This document shows positions 10,608-18,623 of a stretch of DNA of 64,000 nt, piece by piece. Numbering within the stretch: position 1 is the first letter of the stretch; each line of letters begins with the position of its first letter. The translations under genes were made by a program, and so were the position numbers. This DNA is from an uncultured Alphaproteobacteria bacterium (GTDB taxonomy: Bacteria > Pseudomonadota > Alphaproteobacteria > Rs-D84), in assembly GCA_944389515.1 (NCBI GenBank), contig CALXMQ010000001.1:135079-199078 (forward strand). The letters run 5' to 3'. Under the pieces are notes generated by a model. The model saw nothing but the letters and a program-made list of their open reading frames with translations. It searched no databases and was not told where the DNA came from.

Positions 10608-11672
10608 ATGGTTATAGATGAAAAATTAAAAGATATTCAACAGCGCGCAACAGACATTGGAGATAAATTAAATTCTGGGGCGGTGTCGGGTGATGAATTG
10701 ACCAGATTGGCCAAGGAATATTCTGAATTATCAGCGATTTTGCCACTGATTGATGAATATTTTGCAATCAAGCGTGGAATTGATGACGCAAATGAAATGT
10801 TGCATGATTCAGAATTAAAATCTGTTGCGGCAGAACAGTTGGCGGAATTAAATCACAAATTGCCGGATGTTGAAAAACAATTACAGATTGCGTTGTTGCC
10901 ACGGGACGAAGCAGATGACAGCAGTGTTATCATGGAAATTCGTGCCGGGGTGGGGGGCGAAGAATCTGCGTTGTTTGCAGGTGATTTGTATAACCAATAT
11001 AAATCATATGCAATGCGACATGGATGGAAAACAGAAGTAATTGATGAAAATCCAACATCTTTGCATGGGTATAAAGAAATTATTTTCAAAATTGATGGTG
11101 CTGGGGCGTATGCGCGATTGAAATTCGAATCGGGAATTCATCGTGTGCAACGTGTCCCTGAAACCGAGGCTGGTGGTCGAATTCATACCAGTGCGGCATC
11201 TGTGGCCGTTATGCCCCAGGCCAAAGATATCGATGTCGTTATTGATGACAAAGATATTAGAATTGATGTATTTAGGGCATCTGGTGCAGGTGGCCAACAT
11301 GTAAATAAAACGGACAGTGCCGTTCGTATTACGCACTTTCCAACTGGTATTGTGGTTACATGTCAAAATGAACGCAGTCAATTTCAGAACAAGGCTGCAG
11401 CAATGGATGTTTTGCGTTCCAAATTGTATGAAAAACAACGGGAAGAGCAGGTAAACGCCAGTAATTCTGCACGTAAAACCATGGTTGGTTCGGGGGATCG
11501 CAGTGAAAAAATTCGGACATATAATTTCCCGGAACAACGTGTAACTGACCACAGAATAAAACTGACGTTATATAAACTGGATGACATTTTGGCTGGTGGC
11601 GCCGCGTTGGATGAAATGATAGATGCTTTGACTGCGGCAGATCAGTTGGAACGTTTGGCGAATATGGAATAA
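10608..11672 (+). CDS. prfA: Peptide chain release factor 1
   Basis: GGQ motif 'SGAGGQHVNKTDSAVRITHFPTGIVV' and RF1-type tripeptide region 'RVQRVPETEAGGRIHTSAASVAVMP'. Confidence 0.95.
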   Translation: MVIDEKLKDIQQRATDIGDKLNSGAVSGDELTRLAKEYSELSAILPLIDEYFAIKRGIDDANEMLHDSELKSVAAEQLAELNHKLPDVEKQLQIALLPRDEADDSSVIMEIRAGVGGEESALFAGDLYNQYKSYAMRHGWKTEVIDENPTSLHGYKEIIFKIDGAGAYARLKFESGIHRVQRVPETEAGGRIHTSAASVAVMPQAKDIDVVIDDKDIRIDVFRASGAGGQHVNKTDSAVRITHFPTGIVVTCQNERSQFQNKAAAMDVLRSKLYEKQREEQVNASNSARKTMVGSGDRSEKIRTYNFPEQRVTDHRIKLTLYKLDDILAGGAALDEMIDALTAADQLERLANME

Positions 11673-11704
11673 AAAACCGGGGCGCACGCCCCGGTTTTTT
11701 TTTA
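11671..11704. terminator. Bidirectional terminator between prfA and the convergent OMP gene
   Basis: 'aaaaaaccggggcgcacgccccggttttttttt'. Confidence 0.85.
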
Positions 11705-12829
11705 TTAAAAGATGTATTTCAAATTGAAACCACCGTTCCAACCACTGCGTCCGCCATCGCGTCGATTGATATTTAATGCGATGTTAAAGCGATCAATGGA
11801 TTTTTCAATTCCAATACCGTATTCTGCATAATCACGGGTGTCTAAATCATCAAGTTGATTGCCATTGACGATAACATCACCACCGTGTCCCATCATAAAT
11901 GCGTATTTGAAATTGATGAATCCAAACCAGCCCTTGCCAATATGTTTGATTGCGCGGATGCCGGGGGCAACTTCGAACATATTAAAGTTTTGATTTGCAA
12001 CACTGTCGCCAGATGCGGATATATAATTTGCGGAACCAATCCATGTATATCCAGCGTATACGCCGGGTTGGATTGTAAATGTATCGTCCAATGCAATATT
12101 GTATGTTGCGTTTAATGCCGCCCCAGCCCACATGTTGGCAAATTCATCACCGCCATATTCATTTTGTGCATTGTTATATAATGCGCCAATATTTGCGGCC
12201 AATGATAAATTAAACTGCTGGATATTATAACCAGTATATAAACCAACGTATCCACCGCCTTGGTCAATGTTTATAAATTCATTTTCTTGGGCGCCACCAA
12301 CATATCCACCAAATATACCCCATTCAGATATTCCGATGCCACGTTGTGCTTCGCCACCAGCCAACCCCAACATGATTATATCAGTGTCAGTATTTAATTC
12401 GTCATATCCTTTGAATTTTACATCGTCATCATAATGTTGCCAATTTATCCATACGCTGTTCATAACAGGGCGCGGATCACGTTGTTCAATGTCGTCTGTT
12501 GATATATCACCACCATTTCGGCCGGTATCGGTTGCGACGGTTGTTCCGTCTTCGCCATATTCACCGTACAGACGTGGCCAACCGTACATTGGGGTCGTTC
12601 CGTATAAATATTTTGCATTTTCATCAGCAGATATAATATGCGCACGTCCGCCCAATGCCGCAGCGGCCGTTCCTTCGAAAGTTTGCATCGCCGTTGTCAT
12701 AATTGAGTGTTGAAATGCAGTTATATTATTTGCTAAAAATACATTTGCATATGTATGTGAACCGGCCGCCATTGCGCCATGTGACATCAACATGAACGTG
12801 GCGATTGCCAATACTGATGTTTTTTTCAT
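11705..12829 (-). CDS. Outer-membrane beta-barrel protein, autotransporter-type beta domain with a short passenger
   Basis: Signal peptide 'MKKTSVLAIATFMLMSHGAMA'. Alternating beta-strand pattern and terminal 'GWNGGFNLKYIF' (C-terminal Phe). Confidence 0.75.
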   Translation of the reverse strand: MKKTSVLAIATFMLMSHGAMAAGSHTYANVFLANNITAFQHSIMTTAMQTFEGTAAAALGGRAHIISADENAKYLYGTTPMYGWPRLYGEYGEDGTTVATDTGRNGGDISTDDIEQRDPRPVMNSVWINWQHYDDDVKFKGYDELNTDTDIIMLGLAGGEAQRGIGISEWGIFGGYVGGAQENEFINIDQGGGYVGLYTGYNIQQFNLSLAANIGALYNNAQNEYGGDEFANMWAGAALNATYNIALDDTFTIQPGVYAGYTWIGSANYISASGDSVANQNFNMFEVAPGIRAIKHIGKGWFGFINFKYAFMMGHGGDVIVNGNQLDDLDTRDYAEYGIGIEKSIDRFNIALNINRRDGGRSGWNGGFNLKYIF

Positions 12830-12960
12830 ATCTCTCTCGCCCTTTTTTATTGGTATGTATATTTATGTATGTATTATATCATATTTTTTGTGGTTTGGAA
12901 ATGAAAAGCAATTTTATTTCTTATTGAGAACAAAGGCTTTTTTTAGTAAAATTCATAATT

Positions 12961-13521
12961 ATGAGTGAAAATATAAAATTAGATAAACCGATTGTTATGG
13001 TCGGGTTGATGGGTGCCGGTAAAACCAGTGTAGGGCGCGCATTGGCGCGACGGTTGGGGGTGCCTTTTGTGGATTCTGATAAAGAAATAGAAACCGCCGC
13101 AGGGTGCAGTGTCGTTGATATTTTTTCTTTGTATGGCGAAGCAGAATTTCGCCGTGCAGAACAGCGTATCATTGCACGTATATTTGATACACCACCAGCG
13201 GTCAAGGTTATTTCTACGGGCGAAGGTGCGTTTATAACGCCGGCTGTGCGTGAAATGGTTTTATCGCGCGCAATATCTGTGTGGTTGCGTGCAGATTTGG
13301 ATTTGTTGGTTAAACGGACTAAATTTCGTGATACGCGTCCACAATTATTGCATACGGACAGTCGCAAAATATTGGCGCAACTGATTGATGAACGGTATAA
13401 CATTTATTCTATGGCGGATATAACGGTTGAAACACGCGATGAAAGTTTGCGCAAAACGTTGGGCAAAGTAGTCGCGGCAATATCAGAATATCAAAATCAA
13501 AAAGGCGAAAAAAATGGCTAA
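12961..13521 (+). CDS. aroK: Shikimate kinase
   Basis: 'IVMVGLMGAGKTSVGRALARRLGVPFVDSDKEIE', 'GEAEFRRAE', 'STGEGAF'. Confidence 0.9.
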   Translation: MSENIKLDKPIVMVGLMGAGKTSVGRALARRLGVPFVDSDKEIETAAGCSVVDIFSLYGEAEFRRAEQRIIARIFDTPPAVKVISTGEGAFITPAVREMVLSRAISVWLRADLDLLVKRTKFRDTRPQLLHTDSRKILAQLIDERYNIYSMADITVETRDESLRKTLGKVVAAISEYQNQKGEKNG

Positions 13522-14077
13522 AAACAAATTTTTTAGTGAGTTTCGTGCGTTTATAGAACGGGGCAGTGCCATTGACATGGCGGTTGGTATCATTGTTGGC
13601 AGTGTTATGACAACAATGGTGAATTCTTTGGTCAAGGATGTCATTATGCCGCCGATTGGGATGTTACTGGGGAATATTGATTTTTCTCAATTTTTTATTG
13701 TGTTGTCTGGCGGAACACCGGGGGCGCATTATAATACTGTGGCCGAAGCCCAGGCCGCAGGTGCTGCAACAATGAATATCGGGGTGTTTTTGAATACTGT
13801 GGTCAGTTTCTTAATCACTATGTTCGCAGTGTTTTTAATGGTCAGGGTTATGAATAAAATTCGTGCGAAAAAGGCTGTTACTACACGTACGTGTCCGTAT
13901 TGCAAATCAACAATAAATATAGAGGCGAAAAAATGTCCGAATTGTTGTTCGGCAATAAAGCCGGAAAAAATAGTGCCGGCCCAGCCCAGTGATTTGGAAC
14001 AGGGACTGAAAAAAGTTACGCATATCGCCAAGGGCAAAATTTCAAAAATTACAAAAATAACAAAACGTTCTAAATGA
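13514..14077 (+). CDS. mscL: Large-conductance mechanosensitive channel with a C-terminal zinc-ribbon extension
   Basis: 'FRAFIERGSAIDMAVGIIVGSVMTTMVNSLVKDVIMPPIG' and 'NIGVFLNTVVSFLITMFAVFLMV'. The tail has 'CPYCKSTINIEAKKCPNCCS'. Overlaps aroK by 8 nt. Confidence 0.85.
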   Translation: MAKNKFFSEFRAFIERGSAIDMAVGIIVGSVMTTMVNSLVKDVIMPPIGMLLGNIDFSQFFIVLSGGTPGAHYNTVAEAQAAGAATMNIGVFLNTVVSFLITMFAVFLMVRVMNKIRAKKAVTTRTCPYCKSTINIEAKKCPNCCSAIKPEKIVPAQPSDLEQGLKKVTHIAKGKISKITKITKRSK

Positions 14078-14100
14078 TTTATAATAATTTGATTCAACTT

Positions 14101-14132
14101 AAAAAAAACGCGTTTTTGACGCGTTTTTTTTT
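14101..14132. terminator. Rho-independent terminator after mscL (A-run and T-run on both sides)
   Basis: 'aaaaaaaacgcgtttttgacgcgttttttttt'. Confidence 0.75.
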
Positions 14133-14518
14133 GTGTGTGATGGTGGGGATTTTGGTGTGTGTTTTTTGGGGGATGTTTGGTGGTGGTAATGTTGTGTTTT
14201 TTGGGTAAAGGTATTTTTGGTAATGTGCGGATGCTTTTTTTGCTTTATGCAACAATCGGCGTTATCAATGTCGCAAAATGTCATGGTATAAACCGGCGCA
14301 CGACAAGCGTTCCAATAAAAAAGCCTAAAAAAACGCTGTGTTTACAATATGATAAACCAAGTGTTGGGGTGTGCAAGCACAATGCGATAATCAAAGGATG
14401 TAAATTCGGGCATTTTTTGAAATTCCGGGGTGTCCGGGGCATTGTGGGTGCGCCCGGTGTATATGATGTGTCGGTGTGTATGGGTGGAAATTGCTGTTTA
14501 TTTGTGGCTGTGATGGGT

Positions 14519-14553
14519 AAAAATGGCGGATTTATGCTGGTTTGCGGCGTTTT
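14519..14553 (+). repeat. 35-nt repeat, copy 1 ('aaaaatggcggatttatgctggtttgcggcgtttt')
   Basis: 34/35 identical to 15653-15687 by eye. Confidence 0.85.
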
Positions 14554-15279
14554 AATGGCTGTTGGTTGGGGTAAAGCAGGGTGTTTTGAGTGTTTTTTAC
14601 GGTTTGTTGCGATTTTGGGCTTTGTGGCGATTACGATTGTGTGATTTGGCGTGGTTTCCAGGTGCGCTTGGTGCGTTGATTTGCAGAAATTTTGTTTGTT
14701 TTTGTATTTGTGTGCGTGTCAATGTGTTTGCGTGCTGACAAAATGAATTTTTATCGTTGTGTTTTGTGTGATGGCGGTGGTGTGGTGCGGCGAACTGATT
14801 GTGAAAAAGCGAAGTTTTTGGCCGGCTTTTGTGCCGCCGGGGGATAAGATATCACAAAGGCGCATAATGTATATTATGTATAGTTTTGTATACCGGTGTT
14901 CCCCCAAAGGTTTATATATAGGTTTGTATATAATGTGTGTGGTTATGGGAAGTCGGGCGGCACTGAAGGGGTCTTTATAAAGCTTTGTATGTGATAAATA
15001 TAAGGAGTTTTTTTGTGGCTTTGTTTGTGTATTGGGTGTGCAAAATTATAAATGAAAACCATATGTCGTAATATAAGTTTTATTGTGTGTGTTGGTGTTG
15101 CGCCACAAATTACGAACGTTTACTTGGTTGTATGGATTTTGCGAAAATGTGTGTCTGTGGGATGAACGCTTATTTGGGTTTGTAAAGTTTTTGTTTGATG
15201 GTGATGTGTTGCTGTGGCGAAAAAAATTGTTGTGATGTCGGCTCTGATGTGGTTGTCTGTATTTGTTTGCTTTTGTTTG

Positions 15280-15340
15280 TTAAATATTTGTGATAACATA
15301 TTGTTTATATTGTTTTTAATGATGATTACGTTTGTTTGTG
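15280..15340 (+). repeat. ~60-nt repeat, copy 1 ('ttaaatatttgtgataacatattgtttatattgttttt...')
   Basis: Aligns with 15722-15780 with a few substitutions and small indels. Confidence 0.8.
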
Positions 15341-15652
15341 TGGCACCAGATAAACATGTGATTATTGGTTAAATAAATTTTGTCTGTGTGTCACGGGCGT
15401 AATGAGTTTTGATTTTGTCGCGACGTGCGGCATTTTTATTGGCGTGATTTTTGGTTTGGATTACGGGCGATTTTCTTTGTGAATTTTGTTAAATTTATTT
15501 ATTATGAAAATAAAATAATTTGTTGTATTTACAATTATAATAATATTTATTTGTTATTACGAATATTGTGGGTTTGGACACCTGTTTTTTGCGGTTTGTG
15601 GGTGGGGGTAAAATGGGGGTTGGTGTGCCCTATTTTGTGTCCGAAAAATGCA

Positions 15653-15687
15653 AAAAATGGCGGATTTCTGCTGGTTTGCGGCGTTTT
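15653..15687 (+). repeat. 35-nt repeat, copy 2 ('aaaaatggcggatttctgctggtttgcggcgtttt')
   Basis: 34/35 identical to 14519-14553. Confidence 0.85.
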
Positions 15688-15721
15688 TTTTTGGTGTTTT
15701 ATGCGTTTTTGATTTGGTTTA

Positions 15722-15780
15722 TTAAATATTTATGATAATGCATTGTTTATATTGTTTTTTTATGGTGATATTGTTTGTTT
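15722..15780 (+). repeat. ~60-nt repeat, copy 2 ('ttaaatatttatgataatgcattgtttatattgttttttt...')
   Basis: Aligns with 15280-15340. Confidence 0.8.
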
Positions 15781-15946
15781 CTGGGCGTGTTTGTTATAAC
15801 GTGCGGATTTTGTATTGTTTTTCATGGTTTGTAATTATAAATAAAATTTGATTAAACAAGTCGTTATTTATGAATATTAAACTGATGTTTTAATATTTTT
15901 TGTATAAAATCTCGGCCGCCAACAGCCGGGATTCTGTTTATAAAAT

Positions 15947-16189
15947 TTAGTTTGTCATTGGGCATGGTGATGTAAATTCGTATGTGCCGGTACTGTCGGT
16001 ATAATCAACCTGGGCGGGGGCGTACATTATGCATGTGCCGTAATTTGTTCCTTGTGTGGTCAGGCAGCTGTATGCCGGGCCGACGGTTGATCCGGATTGG
16101 CATGAAGTTGTGGTGGTGCCTATTGTCATATAATCTTCGGTTATTTTTGCGTATCCGCTGGGGCAACTGGTTGATGGGGTGGCCGCCAT
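15947..16189 (-). CDS. Small Cys-rich protein, family member A (a signal-peptide-like extension is open upstream to 16246 but begins with ATA)
   Basis: C-terminal 'YTDSTGTYEFTSPC' family motif and 'SCPSGY'. The in-frame upstream stretch encodes 'QKSHFIITICLCTTSTPIMA' behind an AGGA, but the expected start position is ATA (16246-16244). Confidence 0.55.
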   Translation of the reverse strand: MAATPSTSCPSGYAKITEDYMTIGTTTTSCQSGSTVGPAYSCLTTQGTNYGTCIMYAPAQVDYTDSTGTYEFTSPCPMTN

Positions 16190-16379
16190 AATCGGTGTTG
16201 ATGTTGTGCATAAGCATATGGTAATAATAAAATGACTTTTCTGTATTTTTTTGTCCTGTGGTTTTTAGGGTGTTTAATCACTCATACTGGTGAACATTGA
16301 TTTTATTATTGCGGCACGGTCTGGATTGCCGGCAAAGTTGGCGCACATTTTTGCGCAGGTTGTTTGACAGTTTTCTTGT

Positions 16380-16730
16380 TCAACGACAAAAATCCATCGT
16401 GACACGGCTGGGCTGACCATTTTGCAATAGCATAAGTGAGCCGGCACTGTTACAAGTTTTAAGAGATGATTTTGCCGTGCCGATTGATGGGGCGGTTGCG
16501 CCGCCGACACTGGCGGTGGCGCTGCATTCGCATGCAGATACACCGCGTATACTGATACTGGAACCGTTTGTAGTACACGTTGCTATCCAGTCTGCGCCAC
16601 TGGATGACATTATGTTTCCACCACAGGTTGTTGCACTGGGTGACAGATTGACACATTTTACTACGGCATGTGCGTTTGGAATTATGGAAATAATGCCAAT
16701 GATGGCGGCGGATATCAGTGTTCTGTGCAT
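16380..16730 (-). CDS. Small exported Cys-rich protein (member D)
   Basis: ATG 16730 is preceded by AAGGA. Signal peptide 'MHRTLISAAIIGIISIIPNAHA'. The mature part has 7 Cys and is rich in S/T/G/A. Confidence 0.7.
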   Translation of the reverse strand: MHRTLISAAIIGIISIIPNAHAVVKCVNLSPSATTCGGNIMSSSGADWIATCTTNGSSISIRGVSACECSATASVGGATAPSIGTAKSSLKTCNSAGSLMLLQNGQPSRVTMDFCR

Positions 16731-16885
16731 GATGTTTTTCCTTTCGTTTTGGTGTTGTTCGTTGTGGAAAACCACGTTTGTTTTCAGCAAAAATGGGGAT
16801 AAAAAAATCCCAGAAAATTGGGATTTTCGAAATAAATAAAAAAGCCACCATAATCGGTGGTTTGTTTTCGGCATTTATTTATTGA
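16731..16885 (-). promoter_or_regulatory. Structured 5' leader of the Cys-rich gene pair (two copies of the CGAAAACAAAC-type motif and two hairpin+T-run elements)
   Basis: The minus strand reads 'AAATGCCGAAAACAAACCACCGATTATGGTGGCTTTTTT', 'AAAATCCCAATTTTCTGGGATTTTTTT' and 'GCTGAAAACAAACGTGGTTTTCCAC'. Confidence 0.45.
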
Positions 16886-16984
16886 TATTATATTATAAAA
16901 TATCGTGTGTCGTCAATATGTTTTTTGGATTCTGGGTGATATGGTGTTTGATTTTGTTTGTTTTGTGCGATATCATATTTGTAT

Positions 16985-17707
16985 ATGAGATTAGATGTAG
17001 CATTAGTTTCACGTAATTTATATTCAACACGTGCGCGTGCGGTGGCGGCAATTAAATCTGGGTTGGTGACAATAAATGGTGTGGTCGCGAAAAAGTCCAG
17101 TTTGGACGTTCGCGATACAGATGTGATTGTTGGTGGTGAATTGCCCTATTCTGCTGGCCGTGGCAGTTTGAAATTACAGGCGGCATTAGATGCGTTTAAT
17201 ATAAATCCCGTGGGATGGGTTTGTTTGGATGTCGGTGCCAGTACAGGTGGTTTTACAGATGTGTTATTGTCGCGTGGTGCGGCGCGTGTTATTGCGGTCG
17301 ACGTTGGCACAAACCAGTTGGCTGAATCATTAAAAAATGATTCACGGGTAACCGTTATGGAACAGACTGATATTCGTGCCCTGGCCCCGGTATGTCCGGT
17401 TGATTTAATTGTGGTTGATGTTTCTTTTATTTCTTTGACCAATATTATGGATTCTTTGGTGGCGTGGGGTGCGCCGTGTATAATCGCGTTGATTAAACCG
17501 CAATTTGAAGTGTCACGCGCGGTGGCGGCGCGTTATAATGGTGTGATAAAAAGTGAATCTGAACGGAAAAATGCGGTTGAAAATGTATTAAAAAGTTTTG
17601 AAAAAATCGGCTATAAACAATGCGGTGTTATTGAATCGCCAATTCGTGGCGGCAGTGGCAATGTGGAATATCTGGCGTATTGGCGCCGTGTTACAGATGA
17701 AATGTAA
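16985..17707 (+). CDS. tlyA: TlyA-family rRNA (cytidine-2'-O)-methyltransferase (hemolysin A-like)
   Basis: S4-like 'MRLDVALVSRNLYSTRARAVAAIKSGLVTINGV', 'GRGSLKLQAALDAF', SAM motif 'LDVGASTGGFTDVLL'. Confidence 0.88.
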   Translation: MRLDVALVSRNLYSTRARAVAAIKSGLVTINGVVAKKSSLDVRDTDVIVGGELPYSAGRGSLKLQAALDAFNINPVGWVCLDVGASTGGFTDVLLSRGAARVIAVDVGTNQLAESLKNDSRVTVMEQTDIRALAPVCPVDLIVVDVSFISLTNIMDSLVAWGAPCIIALIKPQFEVSRAVAARYNGVIKSESERKNAVENVLKSFEKIGYKQCGVIESPIRGGSGNVEYLAYWRRVTDEM

Positions 17708-18623
17708 TAATCCCAAACAGTGTTACTTTATCATCATAAATTCTGATGCCAGGAATACACGATTTTGTAGATTTTTGTTTTTTTATATACTTTTGTTCAA
17801 GTTTGGCGAATTCGTCGGGGTGCATGCCCAGTTCTGTTGATAATTTGTAAAACAAAGAATACATGGAAATATGCAAGTATATATACGGTTTTATGCTGTA
17901 AAAATGCAGAATTGCGTATTTTTTGTGTTTAATGGTTTTTATTTCGTGGTCTGAAAAAAATGTCGGGATTATAACGCCTGGAGCATAGTTATATTTTAAT
18001 TCTAATGGCAATATTTTATTGTGAAATGCGACGTTTAATAAATCTTGGTCTGGGTATTTAAGGGGAATATTGATGTTTAATATTTCTTTGTTTTTACGCA
18101 TGTTTTTTGCGTTTATTAAAAGTACGCCTGAATTATAATACGGGTCGTCGTTCAAATATTTGTGTGCAAAGTCGTAAACGTATCGACCGTTTGGGTGATT
18201 TTTATCGTATATTGGCGCCATGTCACGAACGGCACCCATTGCGTAGTCTGATATATTTGTGTTATACAATTCTGTTAAATCGCTGCAAATTATTGTGTCT
18301 GAATCCAGATATAATATTTTATTTAGTTCTGGAAAAATATCACATGCAAACAGTCGATAGAATATGACGGGACTCCATCGTGAAAAATCATGTTTTCTGA
18401 ACGGGTTTTCATGGTGGCGGATTGTTCGCCAAATTATTTTGGCATGTGGAAATTTATCAATGACTTTTTGTATTTTGCGTTTGCCATATGTGTGGGGTGC
18501 AACCATACAGTACAGGTTTATGTGTGTTGTGTCGTGTTTGTTTTTTAGTAGCGAATAAATTGACACAGTGGCCAATTTAGAAAAGCGCGAATCAAAACAA
18601 TATAAAACATTTATTTCAGACAT
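17691..18623 (-). CDS. Glycosyltransferase family 8 (LPS/glycan alpha-glycosyltransferase-like)
   Basis: 'INVLYCFDSRFSKLATVSIYSLL', 'ILYLDSDTIICSDLTELY' (DxD), 'YYNSGVLLINAKNMR'. Confidence 0.8.
   Translation of the reverse strand: MSEINVLYCFDSRFSKLATVSIYSLLKNKHDTTHINLYCMVAPHTYGKRKIQKVIDKFPHAKIIWRTIRHHENPFRKHDFSRWSPVIFYRLFACDIFPELNKILYLDSDTIICSDLTELYNTNISDYAMGAVRDMAPIYDKNHPNGRYVYDFAHKYLNDDPYYNSGVLLINAKNMRKNKEILNINIPLKYPDQDLLNVAFHNKILPLELKYNYAPGVIIPTFFSDHEIKTIKHKKYAILHFYSIKPYIYLHISMYSLFYKLSTELGMHPDEFAKLEQKYIKKQKSTKSCIPGIRIYDDKVTLFGIITFHL

Larger units (their letters stand above)
14133..15946. other. ~1.8-kb non-coding island with an extreme G+T-rich, C-depleted plus strand
   Basis: No credible ORF in six frames. 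There is no C from 14123 to 14227. Track ORFs here translate to G/V/F/C/L/W strings. See findings. Confidence 0.7.

Noticed and set aside
14159-15712. Track ORFs 14159..14644 (161 aa), 14759..14980, 15425..15712 and 14099..14284(-) inside the G+T island, including the recurring peptide 'KNGGF(M/L)LVCGV'
   Set aside because: The translations are G/V/F/C/L/W (or T/P/H/K on the other strand) strings, as expected from the skewed composition. There are no RBSs. The shared peptide simply reflects the 35-nt DNA repeat. I treat them as non-coding.
14133-15946. Idea that the non-coding island is the chromosomal replication origin
   Set aside because: On reading I did not see DnaA-box-like TTATCCACA / TGTGGATAA clusters. 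Typical oriC neighbours such as dnaA, hemE or parAB are not nearby. I cannot exclude it without a motif scan and a cumulative skew plot.
16731-16874. N-terminal extensions starting 'MPKTN...' that the track gives to the Cys-rich genes (16380..16874 and 19563..20249)
   Set aside because: The ATG is part of the conserved leader box ATGCCGAAAACAAAC and has no RBS. The extension of gene D runs through two hairpin+T-run elements and would bury the signal peptide 48 residues inside the protein. Good RBSs precede the internal ATGs 16730 and 20177. A third copy of the box (20304-20330) gives only an 18-codon ORF, and the copy upstream of gene C has no ATG, so a conserved uORF is also unlikely.
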